Part shown: positions 20,815 through 30,277 of the stretch, piece by piece
Position numbering within the stretch: the first letter of the stretch is position 1
How the letters are laid out: every line of letters begins with the position of its first letter
Origin: a virus
Lineage: Duplodnaviria; Caudoviricetes
Reading direction: 5' to 3' (one strand)
IMG/VR virus record: IMGVR_UViG_3300036398_001095
Span: 1-63,090 of that record
DNA length: 63,090 bases
Made by a program: the position numbers and the translations under genes
Notes under the pieces: model-generated
What the model was told of the DNA's origin: nothing
What the model saw: only the letters and a program-made list of their open reading frames with translations
Databases searched by the model: none

Positions 20815-23800
20815 TCATCGCCTCCATCAGTGCGGCTAATCCCATCGGCAAATAAGGATCCAAGGGACGTAGGTAATTAGGATACGGCATACCGTAATAA
20901 GTTGAAAGTTCTGGACCTAAAACCGTGGGTTGCTGGAAGTCCATCGTGTTATCAGTACCAGTTCCGGGGCCAACGGGCTTGTTAACTGTTATGCCAGGTT
21001 CTAGCGTTATTGGTGGAATAGTTATTGGCGGGGTAGGTGTTACGGGTGTCGTAGTCGTTCCACCTGTTGTTGTGGTCGTAGTAGTTGTACCGCCAATATC
21101 CAAAGGATCATCTGTAGGCAACTCTTTTGTTGACTTAACCTCTACCGTTGGTGTGCCACCGACAAAGATGCCACCTTTATCGACGTTAACGTCCGGTATC
21201 AAGGTGTCAATATCAAGCTTTGGTTCATCTACTATTGGTTTAGAAGTAACTACTACAGGAGCAGTCCCGCCTTCTGTGGTGGTATCAGCCTTCGGAACAG
21301 CAGACTCAACGGTTAACTTAGCTGCGTTTGGATCTTCTGATTTTGCTGCCACATTCACAGTGCCTGCTTTTTGTATTTCACCGGCACCTGGGATGATTGT
21401 GTTGATGTCCGTGAAATCTACGACCTCAGAAGGCTTTTGACTAGTCACTGTAACGGTTGGCGTACTTGCCATTACATTTGTAGCGCCTAGTCCCAACCCT
21501 GGAGTAAGAGCGTCGATTGTTAATTGATCGCCTATGGGTGTTGAAGGGCTAGAAACTGTAACGGATGGTGTTGTTGATCCAGGAGGTATTACGTCTATTC
21601 CTCCCGCTCCCATGGCTGTATCAGCAGCACCCGTTACTGTTACAGGATTAGATGCAAGCTGTGATATGTCGCTGCCCGTTTGACTATCCTTGGCAAACGC
21701 CTGTTGCTGGTCTGACGTTAGTCCGCTAAGGGTAATTTTGTTCGTAGCATTTGATACACCAGAAGCGATCTCATCAATTAGCTTGGAATTGTTGGTAATG
21801 AAATTCATGACAGCCATCGGGTTTTGGGCCATCGATGTTATGTTCTGCGCTCCAGAGAGAACGGTTTGAGTAATAAACTTTGCTTGTGCAGGCGTTATAG
21901 TTTTACCGCTAGCATCAACAATGGCCTCGGTTACCAAGGGCGTCACAGCTGTTGTAAGTGTTTTGGTTAAATCAATCTTTCCATCAACAATTAACTGACT
22001 TACCGCACTACCTACAGATCTTGCTGCCGTAGTCGCTATATCCACACCAAAATCAACATCTCTTAAGCTAGGAAGCATTAAGTCATAAGCCTGCTTTGCC
22101 ACCATTGTTCCTATAACAGGGGCAACTCCAGACACAAAGCCTTTGTTAAAATCTCCGCCGGCAGCTTCGTTGACCAGACCTTGGTATGTTCCACGAACAA
22201 TTGCTGTTGCCGTAGGCCCAGCTATGGCGGCAGGCATACCGGCAGACATCAGCATCCCCGTGAGTCCCGTTCCGGCCGTCATTTCTCCACCAAGTGCAGC
22301 AAGCTCAACACCACCGACTGCGCCACCAATAAGCTCAGGCAGTAAGTAAGGTGCGGCAAATGCCGCAGCTACAGCAAGAGGAAGGGCATACTCTTTCGCG
22401 CCATACTTTTCCTCCCAATTACTAGCTATACCAGCGCCACCACCAGACGTTTGCCCAAGGAAGTAGCCTGTGCTTCCCTTGCCTTCACCCTCAGATCCAA
22501 AGCGCCACATACCGTTATTCTCTGACTGAGGTACAGCTTGCAACTCTTTGCCTGTCTTCTTGTCAAAGTAAACAACGTAATTGGTAGCTTGCTCGCCTTC
22601 AGTAGCGCGGAAATCCTCGCCCGGTATCGCTTGACCAGTGGCCGGTAAATTCCTTGTCTCAACACGCGTGCCAATCTGATTCAGATCCGTAATACCGTAT
22701 TGGGTTAGGTAATCAACCATCTTCTTAGAGTGATGGTCCCAACCTTGGTTCTTATCCCATACGCCCGCGGTAGTACCGCCCTTGGTAATTTCATTAAGCT
22801 GATTGGTTAAACGCTCTTGGCCGGTAAGCTTTGCATCAGCTTCTTTGGCAGTTACATAGCCTTGAATACCGGTTAATAAATCTTTGCGGCTTTCCGGGGT
22901 GCCTATGTAATTCACAACATCAGCAAGATTCATCTTGTTGTCTGAAGCAAACTTGATGATCTCGTCATAACTCAGTTGCTTATCTTCACCGGCCGCAAGA
23001 TCCAAGCCCGATTTAATCTTGGTATCTGTTTGATACTGTGTAAGCTGATCAGGCTTAACGCCAATATAGCCGGCCAAGTCTTCGATCGACATGTTATTTG
23101 TCGATGCGTACTGAAGAGCCTTGTCAAAAGCAATCTGGCCTTTATCATCCGCAAGCTTATTCAGATCAGAAGCTATAGCCTGATCTTTCTGATATTTGAA
23201 TATCTGCTCAGGGGTTACCTTCAAATAACCTGCAAGCGCATACGGACCGACATTATTCTTTGATGCGTAATCAAGCGCTTTATCAAATGGGATATTCCCC
23301 TTTGTATCAGCCAGCTTGTTTAGGCCAACAACAAAGTCTTGGCTCTTCATGGCCGAATTAGTTGCAGCCTGGTCTATACCAAGCAAGTCAGCCAAACCTA
23401 CCGGTGCATTAGTGCCAGAGTCCCGAATAGCCGTGGCGATCGTACCCAGGTTATCTGATACAAGCGTCTTGAATTCATCTGGCGTCTTGTTAAAGAACTT
23501 GGCCAGATTGTCTAACTCAATACCTTTATCAATAGCCAACGCCAAAGCCTTGGGCAATCCAACCGCCCCTGCTGCATCTGCTACTGAAGCAATCTGCTGC
23601 CGGTCCTTTTCATAGACCAACATGTCTGTCGTAAGCTTGGGGAACTTTTCTTTCAGCGCGTCTTGAACATCTGCATACGCAAGCTTATTGCCATCTGCGT
23701 ATTCAACAATCTTGGTCATGCTGACATTACCGTCCTTATCTAAGAACTTGGTAACGTCTGCTTGGATAGCACTTACTTCCTTGGTTTTTATCGCAGTACT

Positions 23801-24517
23801 AATAGCTGTATTGGCGGTCGTTTCATCAACGCCAATAGTTTTAGCTATCTGCCTTACCTCATCTGCCGTGGCGCCATTCTGTACAAGTTTGGTAATTGGA
23901 TCTTGCAACACCTTGGACATTGCCGTGGTGTAATCATTAACCGTTTTGCTTGTACCAAAAGCCGTATTCACCATGTCCACGGCTAACTGCGGGGACCATG
24001 ATTTCTCTAGCGTTATCTCAAGCAATCGCTGATCCATCAGCAAATCACTTGGGCTTCCTGCCGTTAGACGAGTCTTAAACTCATCAGCCGTCATCCCAAA
24101 CTTTGACCTTTGCGAATCAGCTATCTGCTGTGGCGTTGGTCCTGATGGCGGAGGTGGAGGTGGAGGCGGCGGAGGTGGAGACGGTGGTTCTGGCGCAGGA
24201 GGCTCTGGCGGGGGTGGGGCGTAAATATTACGAATCTCACCTGCCGAGTAACCAGCATTTACTAAATTAGCAACAAGAAACTTTGGCAAACCTAACTCGG
24301 AAGCTAGGTCTGCTATGGGGTCAGAAGGCTGCGCCTGTACTTCTTGGACGGTTTCTTGAGGAGGTTTCCACCCACCCTCTTTAATCATCCATTGAATGGT
24401 TCCTTCGTCGGCAATGCTTCTTAATTCATCAAGCGTTGTACCGGCAGCGGTAAACCGCTCAATTTTGTCAGCCGCACCTAGACCAAACCATTCACTATCA
24501 AATACAGGAAGTGCCAC
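20741..24517 (-). CDS. Large repeat-containing protein of unknown function (1258 aa)
   Basis: Poly-Pro tract, roughly 50-aa helical repeats, hydrophobic Gly/Ala segment, T/P-rich tail. Confidence 0.7.
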   Translation of the reverse strand: MALPVFDSEWFGLGAADKIERFTAAGTTLDELRSIADEGTIQWMIKEGGWKPPQETVQEVQAQPSDPIADLASELGLPKFLVANLVNAGYSAGEIRNIYAPPPPEPPAPEPPSPPPPPPPPPPPSGPTPQQIADSQRSKFGMTADEFKTRLTAGSPSDLLMDQRLLEITLEKSWSPQLAVDMVNTAFGTSKTVNDYTTAMSKVLQDPITKLVQNGATADEVRQIAKTIGVDETTANTAISTAIKTKEVSAIQADVTKFLDKDGNVSMTKIVEYADGNKLAYADVQDALKEKFPKLTTDMLVYEKDRQQIASVADAAGAVGLPKALALAIDKGIELDNLAKFFNKTPDEFKTLVSDNLGTIATAIRDSGTNAPVGLADLLGIDQAATNSAMKSQDFVVGLNKLADTKGNIPFDKALDYASKNNVGPYALAGYLKVTPEQIFKYQKDQAIASDLNKLADDKGQIAFDKALQYASTNNMSIEDLAGYIGVKPDQLTQYQTDTKIKSGLDLAAGEDKQLSYDEIIKFASDNKMNLADVVNYIGTPESRKDLLTGIQGYVTAKEADAKLTGQERLTNQLNEITKGGTTAGVWDKNQGWDHHSKKMVDYLTQYGITDLNQIGTRVETRNLPATGQAIPGEDFRATEGEQATNYVVYFDKKTGKELQAVPQSENNGMWRFGSEGEGKGSTGYFLGQTSGGGAGIASNWEEKYGAKEYALPLAVAAAFAAPYLLPELIGGAVGGVELAALGGEMTAGTGLTGMLMSAGMPAAIAGPTATAIVRGTYQGLVNEAAGGDFNKGFVSGVAPVIGTMVAKQAYDLMLPSLRDVDFGVDIATTAARSVGSAVSQLIVDGKIDLTKTLTTAVTPLVTEAIVDASGKTITPAQAKFITQTVLSGAQNITSMAQNPMAVMNFITNNSKLIDEIASGVSNATNKITLSGLTSDQQQAFAKDSQTGSDISQLASNPVTVTGAADTAMGAGGIDVIPPGSTTPSVTVSSPSTPIGDQLTIDALTPGLGLGATNVMASTPTVTVTSQKPSEVVDFTDINTIIPGAGEIQKAGTVNVAAKSEDPNAAKLTVESAVPKADTTTEGGTAPVVVTSKPIVDEPKLDIDTLIPDVNVDKGGIFVGGTPTVEVKSTKELPTDDPLDIGGTTTTTTTTGGTTTTPVTPTPPITIPPITLEPGITVNKPVGPGTGTDNTMDFQQPTVLGPELSTYYGMPYPNYLRPLDPYLPMGLAALMEAMNAQKPGYGDYQSLQNAAPKITIPT

Positions 24518-24525
24518 AAATCACC

Positions 24526-24903
24526 TTAGCAAGAATAGCCGCCCTTGGCCATCTTAACCATGGTTCCCTTGGTCTTGCCCTTCACGGCAACGCCATCTTT
24601 GGAAGGGGCGGCAGTTTTTACTGCACCCATCTTAGTTTGGCCAACTGACCCACCTTTCTTCATGCCCTTCATCTCGGCCATTTCATGCTTGACCATAGAC
24701 TTGGGTGCGCCCTTAGCTTTCATAAAGGCAACTTCTTTTTTGACCATTGCCTTGGGCTCACCGCCCGCTTTGTAACCTTTCATAGCTCTTTGCTCCGATA
24801 GTCCAATCGCAATTGCTTGCTTGGGGTTAGTAACTTTCTGGCCAGAGGAAGACTTGAGTTTACCTTCCTTGAATTCACGCATAACGCGTTTTACCTTATC
24901 CAT
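24526..24903 (-). CDS. Small basic protein with KxGG motifs
   Basis: VMREFKEGKLKSS...KQAIAIGLSE. Confidence 0.6.
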   Translation of the reverse strand: MDKVKRVMREFKEGKLKSSSGQKVTNPKQAIAIGLSEQRAMKGYKAGGEPKAMVKKEVAFMKAKGAPKSMVKHEMAEMKGMKKGGSVGQTKMGAVKTAAPSKDGVAVKGKTKGTMVKMAKGGYSC

Positions 24904-25478
24904 CAGATAATCCTTCCGCGTGTTTTGCCTTTAGAAGCTATACCGTCGGCACGCTTTGATGCAGAACCTACCTTGCCACCAGCCTTAAAGCCTTCTTTCA
25001 TCCGGCGACGTGCTATGTACATATCTGGCTCCATGCCAAACCTATCCTTGCGTAGATAGCTGACATTGGTAGATCGTGCCGCACGAGCATCAGGGGCAAA
25101 CGATGACATGGATGGTGATTCTGGCTTGACAGGCTTTGCCGCGGGCTTAGCTGCCTCTCCTCTGCGGGTCAACCCTTTTTGAGCATTCATGTAATCACGC
25201 AGGTTATCAAAACCGGCTTTTTTCATCTGCTCTTTGGTGACTACGGGAGCCTTAGTAGCAGTCTTTGTAACCGTCCGACTGAAACCAGCGGAACCAGGCT
25301 CTTCCATTTCTGATACAGAAATGCTTTCCTTAACCTTGGGTCTTTGCTTTTCTTCCTCGGCAGCTTCATTAATGCGCTCTTGGATAGTTCGCGGACCCAT
25401 CTGACCAAAGCCTTGGTACTCAGAAAACGAGTCAACCAACTCGCCTTCATTGAATCGCTTGACTCTACGCTTCTTCAT
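24903..25478 (-). CDS. Basic protein
   Basis: FKAGG...RADGIASKGKTRG C-terminus. Confidence 0.6.
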   Translation of the reverse strand: MKKRRVKRFNEGELVDSFSEYQGFGQMGPRTIQERINEAAEEEKQRPKVKESISVSEMEEPGSAGFSRTVTKTATKAPVVTKEQMKKAGFDNLRDYMNAQKGLTRRGEAAKPAAKPVKPESPSMSSFAPDARAARSTNVSYLRKDRFGMEPDMYIARRRMKEGFKAGGKVGSASKRADGIASKGKTRGRII

Positions 25479-25484
25479 ACTACC

Positions 25485-25524
25485 CCCTACTTTAGTAGCA
25501 AATTCCGCCAGCTGGCGGAATTAC
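25485..25524. repeat. 40-bp dispersed palindromic element, copy 2 (inverted, intergenic)
   Basis: Reverse complement is GTAATTCCGCCAGCTGGCGGAATTTGCTACTAAAGTAGGG. Confidence 0.85.
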
Positions 25525-25772
25525 TTCATCACGACCATCGTGCCTTTAGTCTTGCCACGCTTGGCGCATCCATCAGCGGCTTTCACGTAACCACCGGCTT
25601 TGAACATCTTGCCAAGGTTAGGGCGCTGATCCATCTTGCGGAGCTTGGCATCCTCTACTTCTTGTTGCATCGCACCACGTTCTTTCTGGGTGGGTACAAG
25701 ATCGTAGTTAGGGTTGTAGTTCGTGTCGCCATGGCGCCCACGGCCTTTACGGGGATCATTTTCCATCATCAT
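25521..25772 (-). CDS. Small basic protein
   Basis: FKAGG...ADGCAKRGKTKG. Confidence 0.6.
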   Translation of the reverse strand: MMMENDPRKGRGRHGDTNYNPNYDLVPTQKERGAMQQEVEDAKLRKMDQRPNLGKMFKAGGYVKAADGCAKRGKTKGTMVVMK

Positions 25773-26020
25773 TTCCTTTCAGCGAGGGCATCAATTTTTG
25801 CTTCCAACCTGCCAATACCTGCGTCAAACCTTTCCATGATTCTTTCAAGGTCTGCACGAACTTCTGCGCGAGTGATGTGATCACGGGCAATTTCCTCCCG
25901 AGTTCTGTTAAGTAGGATCTGGATGCGCTTCTGTTCATCTGAAGCTTGCTTAAGCATGAACATCACCAGACCTACAAAGAATGATGTGATGAGATTCCAA
26001 ATAAGAGCGCCCGTATCCAT
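25769..26020 (-). CDS. Small protein with an N-terminal TM helix and a coiled coil
   Basis: LLNRTREEIA motif. Confidence 0.6.
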   Translation of the reverse strand: MDTGALIWNLITSFFVGLVMFMLKQASDEQKRIQILLNRTREEIARDHITRAEVRADLERIMERFDAGIGRLEAKIDALAERK

Positions 26021-26275
26021 TCAACATTTCCATGCGCGTAGACTTTTGTTAATACGGCTATTGGGATCTTTGGCTGTTTTGGCCGACGTAAGTTTCTTTT
26101 TCATCCCTTCCATTCTGGCGCAGAATGATTTCTTACGTGAACCGCCCTCGGGTTGAGGAGCCTTAAGACCGGGCTTATCGGGATTGGCTGCGTTATAAGA
26201 AGCCCGACCCTTGGCGTTTAAGCCACCGGCCGGGTTTTTACCTTCTTTGCGTTGCCAAGCCGGCGTCTTAGCCAT
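26021..26275 (-). CDS. Conserved small basic phage protein
   Basis: GGLNAKGRAS...SFCARM. Confidence 0.65.
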   Translation of the reverse strand: MAKTPAWQRKEGKNPAGGLNAKGRASYNAANPDKPGLKAPQPEGGSRKKSFCARMEGMKKKLTSAKTAKDPNSRINKSLRAWKC

Positions 26276-26540
26276 AAAACACCGTGACTTTGGCGTTAGT
26301 CAGTGTGGCGTAAGCACTTGTCTTACACCAAACGCCATTGGCAGGAATGAGTACAGCAAAGGTTTCACCATTAGCAACTGTGTTAATGATGAACTTGCTT
26401 GTGCCGCTCGATCCGCCGTCTTTAATCTCAACACTGCCAGTAGATGTACCCGGTTCAACAACCAACCCGCGGACACGAGTTGGTGTAGCCGAGACATCAC
26501 CAGACGCAGCAAGAGACTTGCCTAGGACGTCTGTGTCCAT
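26268..26540 (-). CDS. Small virion protein
   Basis: Beta-rich, ends TVFYG. Confidence 0.55.
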   Translation of the reverse strand: MDTDVLGKSLAASGDVSATPTRVRGLVVEPGTSTGSVEIKDGGSSGTSKFIINTVANGETFAVLIPANGVWCKTSAYATLTNAKVTVFYG

Positions 26541-26552
26541 GTGACACTCCTA

Positions 26553-27092
26553 TTAGGACGTTGCGAATGGTGTAGCGACAGTTCCTGAGCCAAGGGCAAT
26601 ACCGTTGACCATGTACTTGTTGGCTGCGATCGCAACGATCTGGACCCATGATCCAGCAACGCCACCGGTCGTTGTGCCATTAAAGTTAATGAAGTCATCG
26701 CTTGCACCGGCTGTATAAGCCACAAGCGCATTGGAAGAGTCAGTATCAACACCAAGGATCGTACCGACAAACTTGTCAGTGCCATCCGTACCAATCTTCA
26801 GTGAAGATGTAGCAATCGTGGTTGGAACCCAGATCGTATAAACAACGCCTTCGTTGTTGGCCGTATTGGGATCATTGCCAGGGCCAGACGAGGATACGTT
26901 AGCTGAGGTATTGATTGCAGGAAGCGTCAGAACCACGTTAGCAGCAAGTGTGCCGCCCACGGAAATAATCCGACCGGCATGGGCCACGGGATTCAGTGTA
27001 GTACTGGAAGTGATCTCAACAATGGTCGATGGACCCTGCTGATAGATACCGCCAAGCGAACGGACTGGGCCGTCAAAGGTAGAAATAGCCAT
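26553..27092 (-). CDS. Putative capsid decoration protein
   Basis: STFDGPVRS N-terminus, LTLPA motif; downstream of the MCP. Confidence 0.55.
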   Translation of the reverse strand: MAISTFDGPVRSLGGIYQQGPSTIVEITSSTTLNPVAHAGRIISVGGTLAANVVLTLPAINTSANVSSSGPGNDPNTANNEGVVYTIWVPTTIATSSLKIGTDGTDKFVGTILGVDTDSSNALVAYTAGASDDFINFNGTTTGGVAGSWVQIVAIAANKYMVNGIALGSGTVATPFATS

Positions 27093-27115
27093 GTTAACTC
27101 CGCGTAGTAGCGCAT

Positions 27116-27170
27116 CCCCATACCGTCTCTACTAAGTCTGCTAGGCCAGTCGGTATGAGTTAAATCCTAG
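27116..27170 (-). ncRNA. Candidate structured RNA downstream of the capsid gene (Mu-gpT-DE-like)
   Basis: Stem CUCAUACCG/CGGUAUGGG encloses CCUAG, which can pair with the upstream CUAGG; preceded by TTGACT-17-TACAAC. Confidence 0.4.
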
Positions 27171-27183
27171 TAGGGTGGTTGTA

Positions 27184-28104
27184 TCAGTTATTAGGGTTGG
27201 AGTCAATCAGCTTTGCGCGGATTAATGCAAGATCGTTTTCAGTGGGCTTTGAATCAATGCCGCCATATCTAAAACTATACCCAGCTAAACGCCCTTTTGT
27301 TAAATGTTTGCCGGATACCAAAGCCCTACGAAGGGTTGGCATTTTCATTCCGTAGTGGCTCAGCACCGCAGTGAGGCTTGGGAATAAAATGCCATCAGGC
27401 ATAACAAATACAGTTTTGCTCATCTTTTCTTTTGCCTCTTCGGTATGTTTACGTCCTAGCCAGTGCTTATGGCTACGCCCTGATTCAATATTTTCACGAA
27501 TCTTTAAGAGCCCTTCTTCTGAAACCTTGCGACCTTCTACTTTTGGCTTGCCCCGCTGCGCCGCACCAATCTTTGCTTTTGTCTCGTCTGATAGCGTTTT
27601 ACCGTATCGGTAGTGGTTTTCCCCGGCGGTGGGAACCCTGTTTTGTTTAATCTTTAACTTGGTTTCTTCGGTGTGTTTTTTCCCGACACGCGGGTGGTTA
27701 AAGTAATCAGCAGCGTAAAACTCTCGTAGGGTTTTAGATATTTGTTCCTTTTGCATAGGCGTGACAGGAACGCCAAATTTAGGATGCTCTGGTCCAATTA
27801 CCCCGCGCCAAGGCGCAACTGCCGCGTATCCACTGTTATAGCAATGCTCTTTACCTACATGTTGTTGCAACCAATTATCTTCGACTCTCCAAAGCTCTAT
27901 GTCTTGAGCAACCTCTTCAACAACTACAAACTCAAATTTATCTTCGCCGTATTTGTTCCACGATGCTTGCAGGTGCTTGCAATGGTGCCTGTTACCTCGA
28001 AGCAACTTACGGTGTTGCCTGAAGCGAACCTTCTTGTTTGTCGTGCTACCTACATAAAACTTGTTGTTGACCACGTTGATGATTTTATAAATGACTTGCT
28101 CCAT
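27184..28104 (-). CDS. GIY-YIG homing endonuclease with NUMOD3-like repeats
   Basis: VIYKI...FYVGST...R..H...E...YN; GKKHTEETK repeats; GGAGG RBS before ATG 28104. Confidence 0.85.
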   Translation of the reverse strand: MEQVIYKIINVVNNKFYVGSTTNKKVRFRQHRKLLRGNRHHCKHLQASWNKYGEDKFEFVVVEEVAQDIELWRVEDNWLQQHVGKEHCYNSGYAAVAPWRGVIGPEHPKFGVPVTPMQKEQISKTLREFYAADYFNHPRVGKKHTEETKLKIKQNRVPTAGENHYRYGKTLSDETKAKIGAAQRGKPKVEGRKVSEEGLLKIRENIESGRSHKHWLGRKHTEEAKEKMSKTVFVMPDGILFPSLTAVLSHYGMKMPTLRRALVSGKHLTKGRLAGYSFRYGGIDSKPTENDLALIRAKLIDSNPNN

Positions 28105-28132
28105 GTTTCCTCCGTTACAAAGCCATAACCGT

Positions 28133-28161
28133 AATGTACCGAAAGGAACTAACAATGTCAA
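28133..28161 (-). promoter_or_regulatory. Sigma70 promoter TTGACA-17-TACATT for the GIY-YIG gene
   Basis: Consensus -35 and 17-bp spacer. Confidence 0.65.
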
Positions 28162-28195
28162 CAAACAAAGAAAAAGCCACCCGAAGGTGGCTTCC
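28162..28195 (-). terminator. Rho-independent terminator after the major capsid gene
   Basis: AAGCCACC-UUCG-GGUGGCUU followed by a U-rich tract. Confidence 0.85.
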
Positions 28196-28226
28196 AAACC
28201 AAGCTAAGTGCTTGATTTTATTGGTA

Positions 28227-29135
28227 TTAGGCGCCTTGCGAGCCGAAGATACCGAGCGGATCCGAGACTCCAAACGAGTAGCGCTCTCTCGCTTTATATC
28301 TGACGTTCCCCGTGTCAAAGTCACCGTCCATTCCAGTACTCATCGGTGTCCGCACAAAGTGCTTCAATCCGTTGGGTACATCGGTGGTGAGGAACCAGCC
28401 GTTCGTGTCGGTCAAGAAGTGGTTGATCGTATAGCCTTCTGGGATCGAACCGTTGTTCTTGATGGCGTTGATGTCGTTGTTGTTGGTGCCGACACGGAGT
28501 TCGGTTTCCAACAGACGCGTTGCCACGAACTGGAGGTTAGGAGGAACGATGAGCTTGCGTGGGCGAGCTGCGATCAACAGATCACGTTCGTCGGTCCAAG
28601 CTGCGATTTGAATGACTGCGTTTTCCAACGAAGTCTCATTCAAGTCTGCCTGGGTCGCGGGCGTGTTGCTGTTAGTGCCACCCGATACAAGAGGATGTGA
28701 TGTAGAGAACAGAGGCTGGCCGTCACCGTAAGTAACGCTTGATGCCCATCCGTTGTTCAATACGGCTGCTGCTTTCACCTGCTTGGTGTATGCCATGGCG
28801 CGAGCAAGTGCCTTGGTATAACGTGAGCTGAGCGAGTCGTACAGGTTGTCTTCGATTGCCTCTTCGGTAATCGAGAAACCCATAGCGATCGTCTCATGGG
28901 TGTAGCGAGCTGTCCAAGCTTCCTGCGCGTTGTCATAACGAATCGCAGCGCCTTCGTTCTTGACCGGTGCGGCCGAGAATCCAGACAGCTTGGTTTCCTC
29001 TTCAAATGAACGCTCAGAGGTCTCGGTTTCATAGATCTCTTTGTGTTCTTCGCCATAACGAGCGTACTCAAGACCGAACAGTGCGTTCAGGCCGGGGAGC
29101 AGCTCTTTCAGTAGTTGTGCGCGTGAAATAGCCAT
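28227..29135 (-). CDS. Major capsid protein, Mu gpT-like family
   Basis: MAISRAQLLKELLPGLNALFG...KARERYSFG; follows scaffold, precedes terminator. Confidence 0.85.
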   Translation of the reverse strand: MAISRAQLLKELLPGLNALFGLEYARYGEEHKEIYETETSERSFEEETKLSGFSAAPVKNEGAAIRYDNAQEAWTARYTHETIAMGFSITEEAIEDNLYDSLSSRYTKALARAMAYTKQVKAAAVLNNGWASSVTYGDGQPLFSTSHPLVSGGTNSNTPATQADLNETSLENAVIQIAAWTDERDLLIAARPRKLIVPPNLQFVATRLLETELRVGTNNNDINAIKNNGSIPEGYTINHFLTDTNGWFLTTDVPNGLKHFVRTPMSTGMDGDFDTGNVRYKARERYSFGVSDPLGIFGSQGA

Positions 29136-29147
29136 TTAAGTTTCCCC

Positions 29148-29816
29148 TTACAGTCCGACTGGGTTGTTGTACGCATGACCGCCCGTAACCACGCCCGTCG
29201 CCTGCACTACATAAGCTGCATTGAACTTAACGATGATTTCTGGGTAGTAAATCGTACTGCTATACGTGAATGCCGTATCAGGCACCACATCAATGATTCG
29301 CAACGGCAAAGTCTGGGTCGTTGCACCGGTTGCAATATCTACTGCGTAACGGCTGTCCTTGGTCGTGGTATTCAAGGTGTTTGCAACCATAGCCACGTTC
29401 AGACCGATATCTGTGTATTGGAAACCAGACGTGGTCGAAACTACCGTGGTTCCACTAACGCCACAAACTTGGAACAGCTGATCTGGATCTTCGCAGACAT
29501 AAGCAACGATATAAGTGTTGCTTGCTACTGCGGTACCAGAAATCCATGCTTGCGAAAACGTGGGTTGACCAGTTACAGCAGAAACAAACGTACATCCCAT
29601 GAACACACCAGCAAAGCCAGTGACAGGGGCGGCCGTCGTCTCGGTACAAACAACAATGCAACCATTGTTGTCAAACTTCACAGGGTCACCAAAACCAATG
29701 CTCGATGCGCTGGAGTTTACGATCCGACGCTGACGAGTGGCTCCGGCAAACACCTGACCGCCGATCAAGTTGATCGGACGCAGGCCATATGGGCCTGAAA
29801 TCGTCGGGTAAGCCAT
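29148..29816 (-). CDS. Minor capsid / head decoration protein
   Basis: PYGLRP...GDPV...DPDQLF; directly upstream of the MCP. Confidence 0.55.
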   Translation of the reverse strand: MAYPTISGPYGLRPINLIGGQVFAGATRQRRIVNSSASSIGFGDPVKFDNNGCIVVCTETTAAPVTGFAGVFMGCTFVSAVTGQPTFSQAWISGTAVASNTYIVAYVCEDPDQLFQVCGVSGTTVVSTTSGFQYTDIGLNVAMVANTLNTTTKDSRYAVDIATGATTQTLPLRIIDVVPDTAFTYSSTIYYPEIIVKFNAAYVVQATGVVTGGHAYNNPVGL

Positions 29817-29836
29817 TTGAGTTACTCCAAATGAGG

Positions 29837-30277
29837 TTATCTTTTACCGAATTGGACCTCGGTGCGTCTGTCATTAAACAGTGGCATCCGTGGGTCGTTT
29901 TCGCGCATAAAGTTGCTGTCCACACTCTTCATCCAATCGTTGGCTTGCTTCAGGTAATGGGTATTACGCTGATCAACCATCTCAACGGGAGCGCGGCACA
30001 ACATTAATCCACCAATCTCAATATTGCCGGTTTGAGGTCCGGTTGCGAGCAGGGCTCGGGTTACCTCGGGATAGTCTTCCCACTTGCATGGTTCAAATCC
30101 ATCCTGATGACGGCTGGCTACATTCCTTGCGTCGGACTGCCCCAGTACTGCGGTGCGTACCCAACGATGTCTCCAACCTTCCCGCGGGAGAGGATCGGGC
30201 AATGAGCTGGGCGGCTTCCATTGCTTCGGACGTTCCGTGGTTTCACGGGTCTGTGCTTCTCTGGATTCGCGGCTCAT
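29837..30277 (-). CDS. Conserved head-module protein
   Basis: WKPPSSLP...RWVR...IGGLML. Confidence 0.6.
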   Translation of the reverse strand: MSRESREAQTRETTERPKQWKPPSSLPDPLPREGWRHRWVRTAVLGQSDARNVASRHQDGFEPCKWEDYPEVTRALLATGPQTGNIEIGGLMLCRAPVEMVDQRNTHYLKQANDWMKSVDSNFMRENDPRMPLFNDRRTEVQFGKR

